Shown: positions 50,285-61,700 of the stretch, in pieces
Numbering within the stretch: the first letter of the stretch is position 1
How the letters are laid out: every line of letters starts with the position of its first letter
From: Marsupella aquatica
Lineage: Eukaryota > Plantae > Marchantiophyta
DNA length: 64,000 bases
Reading direction: 5' to 3'
Assembly: GCA_973895155.1 (NCBI GenBank)
Contig: OZ316898.1
Location: forward strand, 374,751-438,750
Notes under the pieces: model-generated
Seen by the model: only the letters and a program-made list of their open reading frames with translations
Told to the model about the DNA's origin: nothing
Databases searched by the model: none
Position numbers and translations under genes: made by a program

Positions 50285-51093
50285 AGGAGCCGCAAGAGCC
50301 CATTCTAGTTATTTTGTAGAGATACATGCATGAGAGTGACTTGTCATGCTGGAGCTTAGGGTAGGAAGAGGCAGCATAGGTTTAGAAGGGCGGACCTAGC
50401 ATCAGATATTTCCCCCCTCTTGTCCATGTATAGGGTCCTTTGAAGCCCTATCATTTTGTTCATGCTTTTCCATTTTATAAAACAACAATTTTGCCTTCCA
50501 CATTGGGTCCCAAGGAAAACCCCTCGCAAATAATGTATTGAATCCTCTGTGATCATAATTTTGCGAACCCTTTAAGAACTCATTCCCATTGCACAATATA
50601 AACCCCAAGGTGTCGCACTTTTTGAGTCAATTAACTTCAGAACTTTAGATCCAAATATGTCGGGTTTTTGTGATACTTCTAGGATGGCACTTTCCTAATC
50701 GGAACCGTTCACAAACTTCTGAAATCACCGGTATCGCTCTTTGTCATACAATCCCCATCAAAACAATTGAACCAGTATCTTTCGCAAATATGATGTGATG
50801 GTAAATCCTTCTCAAATATCGACACCCGCGCGGGATGTGTGCATGTATGTTTGCAAACCTTATGCGACGTATAATGGATTGCACAAGTATTGAATCTTGC
50901 GAACCTCTCAGCTTCGCAGTTTGCCATGGTGTTGAGATGCCGTTGCGATGGTCCGCGTGCAAAGTTATTAGGTTCGCAAAGTGCGAAGGTGGTACGATGC
51001 GCGTATGTTCGCAATGGCCAGAATTATGAAAATCAGGGGCTTGTTAGTTGCGATGAGATTGTCTTCGCAAAACCGGCCGATAGTGTTGTAGTG

Positions 51094-52342
51094 CACAGTG
51101 CCATCAAACATTTGAATCTTTACAGACCCAATACCCTTAATTTGACAAGAGTGATCATTTCCCATCAGAACTAAACCGTTTGAAACAGAGTAAGAACTGA
51201 AAAACTCACGAATGTAACAAATGTGAAAAGAGCAAGCACAATCAAGAATCCACATGTCATATGATTTCCTAGATGACGTGCAGCACAAGGCATGTACCTC
51301 ATAACACGTACTCATCATTGAGTAAATCAACGTCTTCATCAGTCCTAGCCACATTTATCGATGAAGATTCAGCTGTCTTTCCCTTACAGTCTCACTTGAA
51401 GCTAGTGTCCCACTTTGTTGCACTTCCAACATGTCACCTGCCTTGTCTCCGGGGACTTGCCCCTAGACTTAGATCTGGATTTAGATCTAAAATGGGTTCT
51501 ACAGTCCCCAGTTGGTCACTGCATACTCCTCCCACGGTTAACATTGAGGGCAACACTAGATGATGAAGGTTGTGACGTGATGTGCATCTTCTGTTGAAGA
51601 TTATCAGTTAGCAAAGAACTCACCACCTCATTGTATGAGATGGTATTCCTATCACAATGCAACAACACTCGTGATAAGGACTGGTAAGATGGAGGCAATG
51701 AATTGAGAAGTTGCAGAGCCTTTGTCTCATCATTCAATTCCTCCCCAAGGTTTTCCAAGTCAACAACCATGTTGTTGAAAGCATCCACATGGTCCTACAA
51801 CTTCGTATCGGTTTCCTTCATCCTGAAACTCATCAATTTGTAGGAAGTGTAGAGCTGGTTCGACAATTCCTTGCGGTGATACTTGCTCTGCAACTCAGCA
51901 AATAAGGACATGCAATCCTTATGTGCACCCAACTGCTTGATGATGAGAGACATGAGATAGAGTGTAACGCACCACACTCCCTGCTCATGCATGCGGTCCC
52001 ATTGTTTCTCATCAACATTGTCTTCCTGAGGTCTCAACAGTTGGCCTATCCCCAAAGCATAGAGCACTCCCTTCACCTGCTTCTCTCAGAGTAAGTAGTC
52101 AGAGCGCCCATCATACTTCATGACTTCATACTTGGGTCCCCCAAGCTTGAACGTCCCCATCTTCTTCTTTTGCACTACTGTTAGCTCCGGTAGTAGAATA
52201 GCTTCCTCCACCACACGCGCACCGGTGATGGTATCGGTGTCACGTGCTCTTCCTCCTGCTCCTCTCTCCCCACCTCAAACCGTCGTGGTGATTCTTGTGC
52301 TTCAAGTTTGACATCTTCAAAAATCTCCTCCGAATCACTCAT
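51094..52342 (-). pseudogene. copia B gag-protease, degraded
   Basis: Near-identical peptides to ORFs 835-1875 and 271-789, with extra stops and frameshifts. Confidence 0.9.
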
Positions 52343-53956
52343 GTGAGAAAATCACAAAAAAATGTTGATTTTTCCAATGTCTCAAAAACTCAAAACTAAA
52401 CACCGCCGCATAGCCCACAAAGCTAGGAGTCCAACACTGAAAATCAAAGTTGAAATCAAAATTTGACGGAAAAGTTTTCCAAATTTTGGTAGGGATGGGT
52501 AAAACCTTGGGAAACTCCCCCGTTTTGACCACCTCAGGGAATAACTGAAATACCAAATACAACCCATTGTCGGAATCGCGATTTGATTGGTGCGCCACGT
52601 TGCTCAGTGGCTACAACCTCGTTGAAAAAGAACCCAAAAATTATTGTTTGGCGAGCGGAATCATTGTCAGACGGCCAAAAAACAACTCTTTGTTTTTCAC
52701 AAATATTCCCACACAATACAAGTCTCACAGGGGGCGTTCCCCTTGTCCAAACGGTTAAATTTGGGGGTCACCTGGCCCGAGATAGCCAATGAAAGGGGCC
52801 GGGAAGAAAAGATTAAAAATGGTCTTAAAAGGGGATGTTTTAGCCCCTTTGCAAAATCCCTATATAAATGGCAAGGCATATGTCAGGGCCGGGTGCAAAG
52901 GGCATACAAGGGCGGGCCCAAAGGGCGTCTGGCCGGCGAGACAAGGCCGCATACAGGCGGCGTATCGTCGCAAAGGGTCCGGCCGGGGTCAAAAATGGTT
53001 GCCTACCCAGCCGGGGAGGGTCGGCAGCTGGCGTCACGATAGGAGGGACGAGCGGGGCGCAAGGTGGGCCACAACCCGTGGGTTGTGGGCTAGGCCAAGG
53101 CGTAGGGGCGCAAGGGAGAGGACCCGCAAGGGTGCGGGAGCGCAAAAGGCGCCTATCAAGGTTGCAACTGCGACCAGGTAAACAGTAGGGAGGGGGAACG
53201 AGGGGGGTATGAGGCCGGCCAATACACAAAAAAGGGTTTTTTTAACCCCTTTAAAAGCAAAAAATGACCCCAAAGTAAAAATATGTTGATTACACACCTT
53301 AATCGCCACCATTTTAAACGAGAAAAATGATGACCGTCGACGGGAAATATTGCTAAATTGCGCCAGCACAATCTGCAAGCTCAATAGAGAAAAAACCTTT
53401 CATCGTGTCACACTCACTTTGCGTCAAGTGCCAATCCTGGACTGAAAACGACCGCCTTGCCGCGATCAAACCGTTGAGCCATAGCACTTTGCATTTCTTC
53501 CTTCGAGTTGGACATCACGATGAGAAACCCGGTTTAGATGGGAACATGCTCCATAGCCTGTGAAAAAATCTGAACGCCTCCTTCACTTGTCATGACGCAC
53601 TCGACAACCACTCGGTAGCAACTCAACTACCAAAATGACCAACTTGCTTCAATGTTCAACTTGAGCTACAACATGCAACGCCTTATGCACCGCAAAGCTC
53701 ACACTTGCAAAAATGAACTCTGGTCTCTCCCCTGAAATACCGTTGAACACAAAAAAACTCTAGAGCGACGCAAACCCCGATTCCTCCACACCACAGATAC
53801 CAACCAGTGAGTTCTATACACCGATAGAAAGCCCTCTCACTAATCTATCCATTCAGCCACACACATTCAAGTTTCATGCAACAAAAATCTGAATGCAACA
53901 CCGACAATGAACGTTGGAAAAATTGTCACAAAAAAACTTTGTCACCTCCCAGGCGT

Positions 53957-54315
53957 GCTCTGATACCAATTGTTGAGCATAGAAAATAATCGCAACGGTA
54001 AGCCCATGAACCATCCAACGCACAAGAGTCAACACAGAGAGATACATGGTTCACCTCCACATGAGGCTACGTCCACGGGAACACACAAGAGCTTTACTGC
54101 ACTCTAGGCCAACCGACCATACCAAACATCCACAGCACAAGCTCTCCCTATCTCTCAATTGGCTTTGTAACAATAAGCCTAAGTTCCCACTCTCCAAGCA
54201 AACACTGCTTGGGTATAGAGTGTGCACAACATGACTAAACTAATTAAGTCTACGTCTAAGGTTAGCCTTAACTATGATACAATCGTTACTCTAGACCTAA
54301 GAGTAAATCCTAATA
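53957..54315 (-). repeat. PBS (tRNA-iMet) and 5' LTR of copia B
   Basis: GCTCTGATACCA AT TGTTGAGCATAG..., homologous to 3016-3414. Confidence 0.85.
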
Positions 54316-54844
54316 GAAAATCCTAACAGTGACAAGGTGTTTGAGGGGGCACGTGGCAGCCTCTGGGCATCTCTGAGAAAATTCTGACAGGGCCTGTACA
54401 AGGGTTGCAGGAATTTAAGGAAAATATACTTTTCCAGTAAGCTTGTTTTTGCAACGGAATCGGAGTTTTGGAAAATCATCAAATGTTGTATCAACACAAT
54501 ATTTTGCAAGGCATACTTGAGGGAGTTGAGTAGGGGCATGTGTTGCTGATTTGTCAAACCGGATTTGCTTGCGGATTTGAGTGAGTTGATTCTGCTCGGG
54601 GGTCCAATTTTGACATTTTGGCCCCCCTTACTCGGTGGTAAAATATCTCAACTAAGATATGTTTTTGGCAAACCCAAAATCCAATACCTTCTAGGGTACT
54701 TTGAAGTGATCTTGGATTTCAATTCAACAACTTTCATTTTTGGTCATTTTGTGGCTGATGTTGCCGTATGTTGCTATGCAAATTTATGTGAAATTGAGAA
54801 GCTACAAAGTGATTTTTGGCACTTCAAGGTCCCAGGGGTTTACA

Positions 54845-57800
54845 ATGGCTCCATCAAAAGTTACTAGTGCAAAATATGAGGTGGAGAAGTTTACCGGCCA
54901 CAATAATTTCACGTTATGGCAAGTTCAAATGCAAGACATTTTAGTTTTGCAAGGTTTGGGTGCAGCATTGAAAACTCAGCAATTGGCAATGTCTAAGGAG
55001 GATTGGGAGGACATCTGTGCATGAGCTCTCAGCTTAATCCGATTACACTTGACATCTGAGGTTCTACTCCAAGTGTTGATTGAGGATTCATCGACAAAGC
55101 TATGGGAACGACTCAAATAGATGTACCAAAAGAAATTCTTGGCAACTCGTTTATACACAACCTTGATGTTGATGACACTACATATGATGGAAGATACAAA
55201 ACTTGTCGATCATATTGATACCTTTAACTTGATAGTGTCCGAGTTGGTCACTCTCGATGAACAAGTTGAAAACAAAAAAAACTTTGTTTTTCTTATCTCC
55301 CTGCCCAAATCGTACAAACATTTGAGTCAGACCATACTCTATGGTAAGGATCATATTTTCGATGATGAGACAATGAGCACTCTTCTTGCGGATGATAGTA
55401 GGAAGAAAATGCATGTAACCTTTTTAGCTTTATCAATAACCAAGAGTTGGTTTAAACCAAAAACATCAACTCCTCAACGCTCTCGATCCAAGACTTTGGA
55501 TTCAAAAAGTGTGGAGTGTTGGAATTGTGGAAAAATAGGCTACATAAAAAAGAATTGCAAAAGCAAACCAAAGTCTGCTTTGCATCAGACTAGTTTGGCT
55601 ATGTCTGATGACGAAGGATTTGCTTTGTGCACCGATTCTTCTATTGTGCATGGATATAATTGGATTTTGGATTCTGCTTGTTCTTATCATATGACTCCGA
55701 AAAGATTTTTCTTTTATTCCTATGAATCCACTACTAAAAGTATCTTGATGAGAAATGATGAACTTGGTCAAATAATTGGCAACGGTACAGTAAAAATTCA
55801 GATGTCTGATGGCGTATTTTGAATGTTAACAAATATCAAACATATTCCTCATCTAAAAAAGAATTTGATTTCTCTTGGAACTCTGGACATTGTTGGATGT
55901 TAGTGGAGTATAGGTAATGGCATTTTGCAAGTTAAGAAGGGATCTCTCAATGTCATGAAAGCCCAAAAGCCTTGGGCCCTCTCTTTATATAAAAGAAGCG
56001 GACCCCCTACAATTGGGACCTCTTCCTCTTTACCCCTTGTTATTTTTATTTTACTATAAAAAGTTTATTTATTACCAGTAATAATTATAATTATTAGCTC
56101 AAAATGAATGAAAACTACCATTCAAGCATTTGCACGTCCTCCACATATTAGTTAAGACTGAGGGCCCAGGGCCCAAAAGAAAGAAAATTTATATATCTTG
56201 CCGTCCTTGGCAATGTTAATGTGGTTTCATCAGAAAGAGGACCACACATGCTTGTGGCATGCATGACTAGGTCGCATGAGTGACCAAGGATTGACGGTGC
56301 TATGTAAGCAAAAACTCTTGCCCGATACAAAGTCTTGCAAGCTGGAGTTTTGTCAGCATTGTATTCTTGGCAAGCAGCATCGTGTCAGTTTTAACATTGC
56401 TCATCATACCTCCAAGGATACTCAATTTTATTCATTCTGATGTGTGGAAATCCTTAGTTCTTTCAATTTCAGGCATGAAATACTATGTCTCATTTATTGA
56501 TGACTATTGACAAACGATTTGGATTTATTTCATCCATGAAAAGTCGAAGGTGTTTCCAATCTTCAAGAAGTGGAAAACCTAGGTTGAGACACAAATAGGA
56601 AAGAAGGTGAAGTATCTCCGCTCAGACAATGACGGTGAGTATATTTTTAACGAATTCAACCTCTATTGTGAGCATGAAGGCATAACTTGATATTTGACCA
56701 ATGTGTATACTCCACAGCAAAATTGTGTTGCAAAATGGTTCAACAAAACCTTGTTGGAACGTTTGCAGAGTATGCTAAGTCAAACAGACCTTCCACAGAT
56801 CTTTTGGGCTGAAGTTGTTAATACAATAACTTATTTGTTAACTTTATCTCCAGTTAGCAGCATTGGTTGTAAGACTCCTTTTGAGATGTGGCACCAAAGA
56901 CCTGCTGATTATACCAAACTATGTGTATTTGGTTGTGAGGCATATGCTCTCTTGCCTCCAATATCACGCACTAAACTTGATCCAAAGTCTGTGTAGTGCA
57001 TATTTCTTGGTTATCAAAAAGGAGTCAGTATTGCCTATGGGGCCCTTTGGCGCAAAAGCTGGTAGTTAGCATCGATGTCTTGTTCAACGAGGTTACCTCA
57101 TTGAAAGAGGGGGAGAAAATAGTGGAAACTCCAGATGTTGATAGGATTGAGGAAGAGATTGAGCATGAATATGCTCATAAACTGATGTCAGCACCAACAC
57201 CAGTACCAATAGTATCAGAACCAACTGCTAAAGTGCCACAATCATCAAGAAGACCTTTATCAAAACCTCACAATAAGCCTACATGGTTTAGAACTTGGTT
57301 TTCATCTGATCACATGGATATTGATGATGAAAATACTGACAATTTTGGGAATGTGTTGATCATTGAGGATGGAGAACCATCCACTTCTTTAGATGCCATG
57401 GCTTTCCTTGAGAAGCCATAATGGATTGCCACCATGTATAAGGAAATGAAGTCACTCTATGACAACAAGACTTGGCAACTAGAAGAGTTGCCTCAAGAAA
57501 AATAAGCAGTTGATTGCAAGTGGGTGTATAAGGTGAAAGAAGGAGACAGTGATCACGAGGAGAAGATTTACAAGGCAAGGCTGATTGCCAAGGGTTTCAA
57601 ACAATGCAAAAGTGTGGACTATAGTGATGTCTTCTCTCCAGTGATCACACAAGCTACCATTCGCTTACTCATGGTACTTGTGGTTATTTTTTTATCTTTG
57701 CTTGGAACAAATGGATGTTGTCACAACTTTTCTATATGGTTTGCTGGAAGAGGTGATCTTCATGAGACAGCTTGAAGGGTATGTCAAAAGAGGCAAAGAG

Positions 57801-58749
57801 GATCTGGTGTGCAAGCTGTTAAAATCCTTGCATGGATTGAAACAGAGTCCAAGACAGTGGAGCAAGAGGTTCAAAGATTTTATGTTGTCACTTGGATTTA
57901 TTCAAAGTGGACATGATTGCTGTCTATACATGAAGAGAGTGAATGATGAAACTTTTGGTTTTATTTTGCTAGCTCTTTATGTGGATGATATACTCATGGT
58001 AGCAAAGAATAAATCTGACATTACTAAGTTGAAGCTCAATTGAGCTCTGAGTTTAGTATGAAAGATTTGGGTGCTGCTAAGCACAAATTGGGCATGGAGT
58101 TTCATAGGGATAGACAAAATGATAAATTGTGGTTGATACAAAGTAAGTACACTAATAAGGTTCTTGCCAAGTTCAATATGGCAAGTGCCAAGTCTATGAG
58201 TATTCCTTTGGCGTTACATTTCAAGCTTTCAGCTGCATCCTACCCCACAAATGCAATTGAGAGAGGTCATATGTCTAAGGTTCCCTATGATAGTGTTGTG
58301 GGCAGTTTAATGTATCTTATGGTTGTATTAGGTGTGATATAGCATATGCTGTTGGATTGGTTAGCAGGTACATGGCTAATCCAGGAAAGATAAGTTGGGA
58401 AGCAGTGAAGTGGATACTACTTATCTAAATGAAACCTCTATTGTTGGACTGTTGTTTGATGCACAAAGTGAAGATGCAGAATCATTGATTGGCTATGTGG
58501 ACTCTAACTATGGAGGAGATTTGGACTAGAGGAAGTCCACCTCATGATACATTTTCACTCTTGCAGGTGGATGTGTGAGTTGGAGGTCCACAAAGCATAA
58601 ATGCATATCTCAGTCTTCTATTGAAGCTGAATATGTGGCAGCAACTGAAACAGATAAGGAGGCAATTTGGTTAAGCAACTTGGTGAAGGATTTGGGGATA
58701 ACACAACGCATTGTGCTTCTCCATTGTGATAGCAATAGTGCTTTACACA
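54845..58749 (+). pseudogene. Ty1/copia copy C gag-pol (Tork/Tnt1-like), heavily degraded and cut within RNase H
   Basis: Motifs [85 protein letters not shown] and LHCDSNSA. Confidence 0.93.
55970..56171. mobile_element. 202-bp MITE with 12-bp TIRs and an 8-bp TSD
   Basis: CCCAAAAG|CCTTGGGCCCTC...GAGGGCCCAGGG|CCCAAAAG; excision restores the copia frame MKAQKKENLYIL. Confidence 0.88.
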
Positions 58750-61700
58750 GGGTATGACTACCATGCGAGGAAATAGGAAAAAATTGATTTTTTGCTCAAA
58801 CCAAAGTTTGGACTTGTTGGCCGCTAGTAACAACAAGCCTCGCTAGCAAAAACCCATCCAACAGTCTGTTCATATTTGAATGACTAATGTTTGTTTAAGA
58901 AACCTTTCGAGTGAAGTATGTCAATGTAACTTTTTTTTAAACAAATTGGACAATCCGAAATAGATATAAAGATCATCACCAAAGCACTTGGCAAGGAGAT
59001 TTACTTGCAATTTAAATGATGGGCCTAGAGATTGGGAGTCATTAGTATCTCATATAAACACACAAAATTGGCACCATAACCAACATAAAAGGTTGGCAGT
59101 GATTTCAGGGAGAGTTGCCAACTGTAAAAAAAAGCCAAGTCTGTAAAGACATGATATGCGACCTTATCAGGGTATGTGATTGTGTCACTGATAGTTTTCT
59201 CAGTGAGTAACAAACCAGGGTCCAAATCATGAACCTACAAAACTTTTCAAAAAAATAGCTAGCGACCACGCTAGCAAAACTAATGAACCAATATCTGGTG
59301 TTTTATAAATAAATTAAAGGGCACTTCATATGGAGTGTAAATATCATCTCTCCCTACCAACACACAAAAAAGTCTACTCCCAATGGTACTTACATATATA
59401 TTAAAAACCAATGAAAACCTTATTAAAACCAAACCTCACTCTAAAGTGGATAATATCAAACCTCAACTCCCCTTTGGATCAGATCGGAAACTTCAGTGAC
59501 AGTTAAAATTGGCTGCTTGACTACATCCGAAGTCTCTAGGTTCAAATGGTAAACATTCTTGTAAACCCAAAGGATATGTTTGCAAGACATGTAAGGCTTT
59601 CCATGCAAATGCCGCTCATAGAAATCCTCACAGGAGCAACATGAGAAGACGCACAACTGAATCCAATATTTACTAGATTTACTAGGGTTGTTTTCATGCG
59701 TCGCAATCAAAAACTGTCTTCCCCATCCGTTACCTTGGATGATCTTTTCACAAGCCACAATCCTCATTTGCTCTTCATTTGCAGACTGAATCCTTTTAAC
59801 AAGTTCTGCAGTGAAGTTGAAACGTTGACGAGCACCCTTCCCATTTCGCGTCCTCCGTCGTCTATTCAAATAGTTTACATCAACCTTTTCTGGAAAAGAG
59901 TTAACGTCAATTCAAAGTTCCACGCGACCTGTAGGAGCAACACTACCATCTGGTTCACAATCCATGTAATAGAGACCATCAATCTGAAAACCCAAGCCAA
60001 TCAAGAAGCTGATTTCAGGAGGAGTTAAGTCTGTCCCTCGAAGAACTTTTAGAGACGAGGGTACTAAGGGAAGTTGGGCAATTGACTTGCGCCCCCTGGT
60101 CTTGTGGCAAACATTGTTTGGGCAGAAGTATAAGAGTTGAGGATGTGGTGAAGTCATCCTCAAACCATGGATTGCAACCCCAACCACACCGCAAGACCGA
60201 GTATGAAAACCTACTTCCTTGATTAAGTTTCGACACTCATCTCTTCCAGAAATGGTCCTATCCATAGACCCATTGCACACTGGACCATTTCCTTTCCCGC
60301 ACCGCCTTAATTAAGTGCCAACTACCAAATGGGACATCAACTTCATTTACCGCAGGTATTCTCCTTGGTGAAACATAAACTGGTTCCTCTGGACGGACAG
60401 GAGATACATGTTGTTGTGACAATGGCTTAGGAATTTCAAAAGTGTCATCTCCTGAGCTATCAGTGTCTATCCCTTCGTTATTGGAAAGAAGAATCACGAC
60501 GGTTGGATCTGGACAACTAGAGAATGTTGAAGGATGGAGTATGCCCAAATTTTCCTTCAACTTGTCGCTCTCTTCCACGACATTGACACTCCGGAAATCA
60601 GAATATAAATTTCTTGGATGTACCCTCTTGTCACCGCCTTATCATGTCGATGAGAGTCTTCAGCACCAACTCTAGCCGAAGCTTGGCCTTTTCGTTTTCC
60701 GGACTTTGTGCAAAGATCTCCATGAAGTGGTTGAGTGCGATGGAACTCATATTTTGGAGATGATTCAAGGAGAAGATTGGTTGCTTTCTCAAAAGCATCA
60801 AGGGATCCTAGTGTATTCCTATATGCAAGTTCAAATATGGTAGGTCCATGTCCCTTGTGGCATCCTTCAATGTACGCAGCAAAGGCAACAATCTGCCCAC
60901 CAGCACGATTTTGATCAAGCTCACAAGCTTCGATCAGTCCAATCTTCTTCTTCATTTGGCAAGCTCTCATTGAACCATGTATAGATTCGGCTCCAGTACA
61001 ATTTGGCATCAACGCTGACTCCTTTGCTGTTTGAGTCTGAAGTCCAGACAAAAACAAACACAATCATTGGGAGGCACATACTTGATTTGAAGATAACATT
61101 CATACACGAAAGGAATGCTAGCGACATCACTAGCCAAAAACAACGAGTTTACTTACCAGTCTGAAGAAGTTTCCCCACTGTCGCCATCGAACAACCCACC
61201 AAGCGATCCAGCCTTGCAAAGATCTCAATTTCCTAGGGTGACAATTCCCACACTTCCACCACTCTTGAATATCGTTAGCCACCCTGTAAGCTTGAACATA
61301 TGAGGGTGCATTCCTAAATTTCTCCCACATTTGGTAGTGTTTGGAGTGTTTCCCTTCACAAATTCCCTCCACGGTATGACGTCTTAGTGACTGCAAGAAA
61401 TGGAATGCATCACTATGTTCTTTCTCAGGGAGACAAACACCATCAAAGAAAACATTTCTCACAACGATCCATCTAGCTTTAGCATTGTCAGCCATAAAAC
61501 CAGCTATGTTTACATTGGAAATACCATTCTCAGCAGCAACTTCCAACATTAAACGCCATGCAGTTTCCAGTGACTCAACATCCTCGGCTTTCAATTCACA
61601 AGTGAAGATAGTACAAAGAGCGCGATAAGTGTGATCGTATACGTGAGCACTAAAAGTTAACCAACCAGTAGTTATTCTATGCATCATGTCAAAACTTACC

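Larger units (their letters stand above)
40585..51093. mobile_element. CACTA (En/Spm) transposon 2, 10.5 kb
   Basis: TIRs CACTACTACATATTGGCCCCTTTTGCGAAG and (reverse complement) CACTACAACACTATCGGCCGGTTTTGCGAAG; CAC TSD at 40582-40584 and 51094-51096; the empty site is visible in copia A near 628. Confidence 0.97.
40420..54315 (-). mobile_element. Ty1/copia copy B (same family as copy A), 3'-truncated and split by CACTA-2
   Basis: 40420-40584 and 51094-~52700 are colinear with ~460-2230; PBS at 53957-53968; LTR at 53971-~54315. Confidence 0.92.

Noticed and set aside
52644-53384. Cluster of overlapping ORFs in the copia B leader
   Set aside because: GC-rich non-coding leader giving spurious ORFs in all frames; not conserved in copy A
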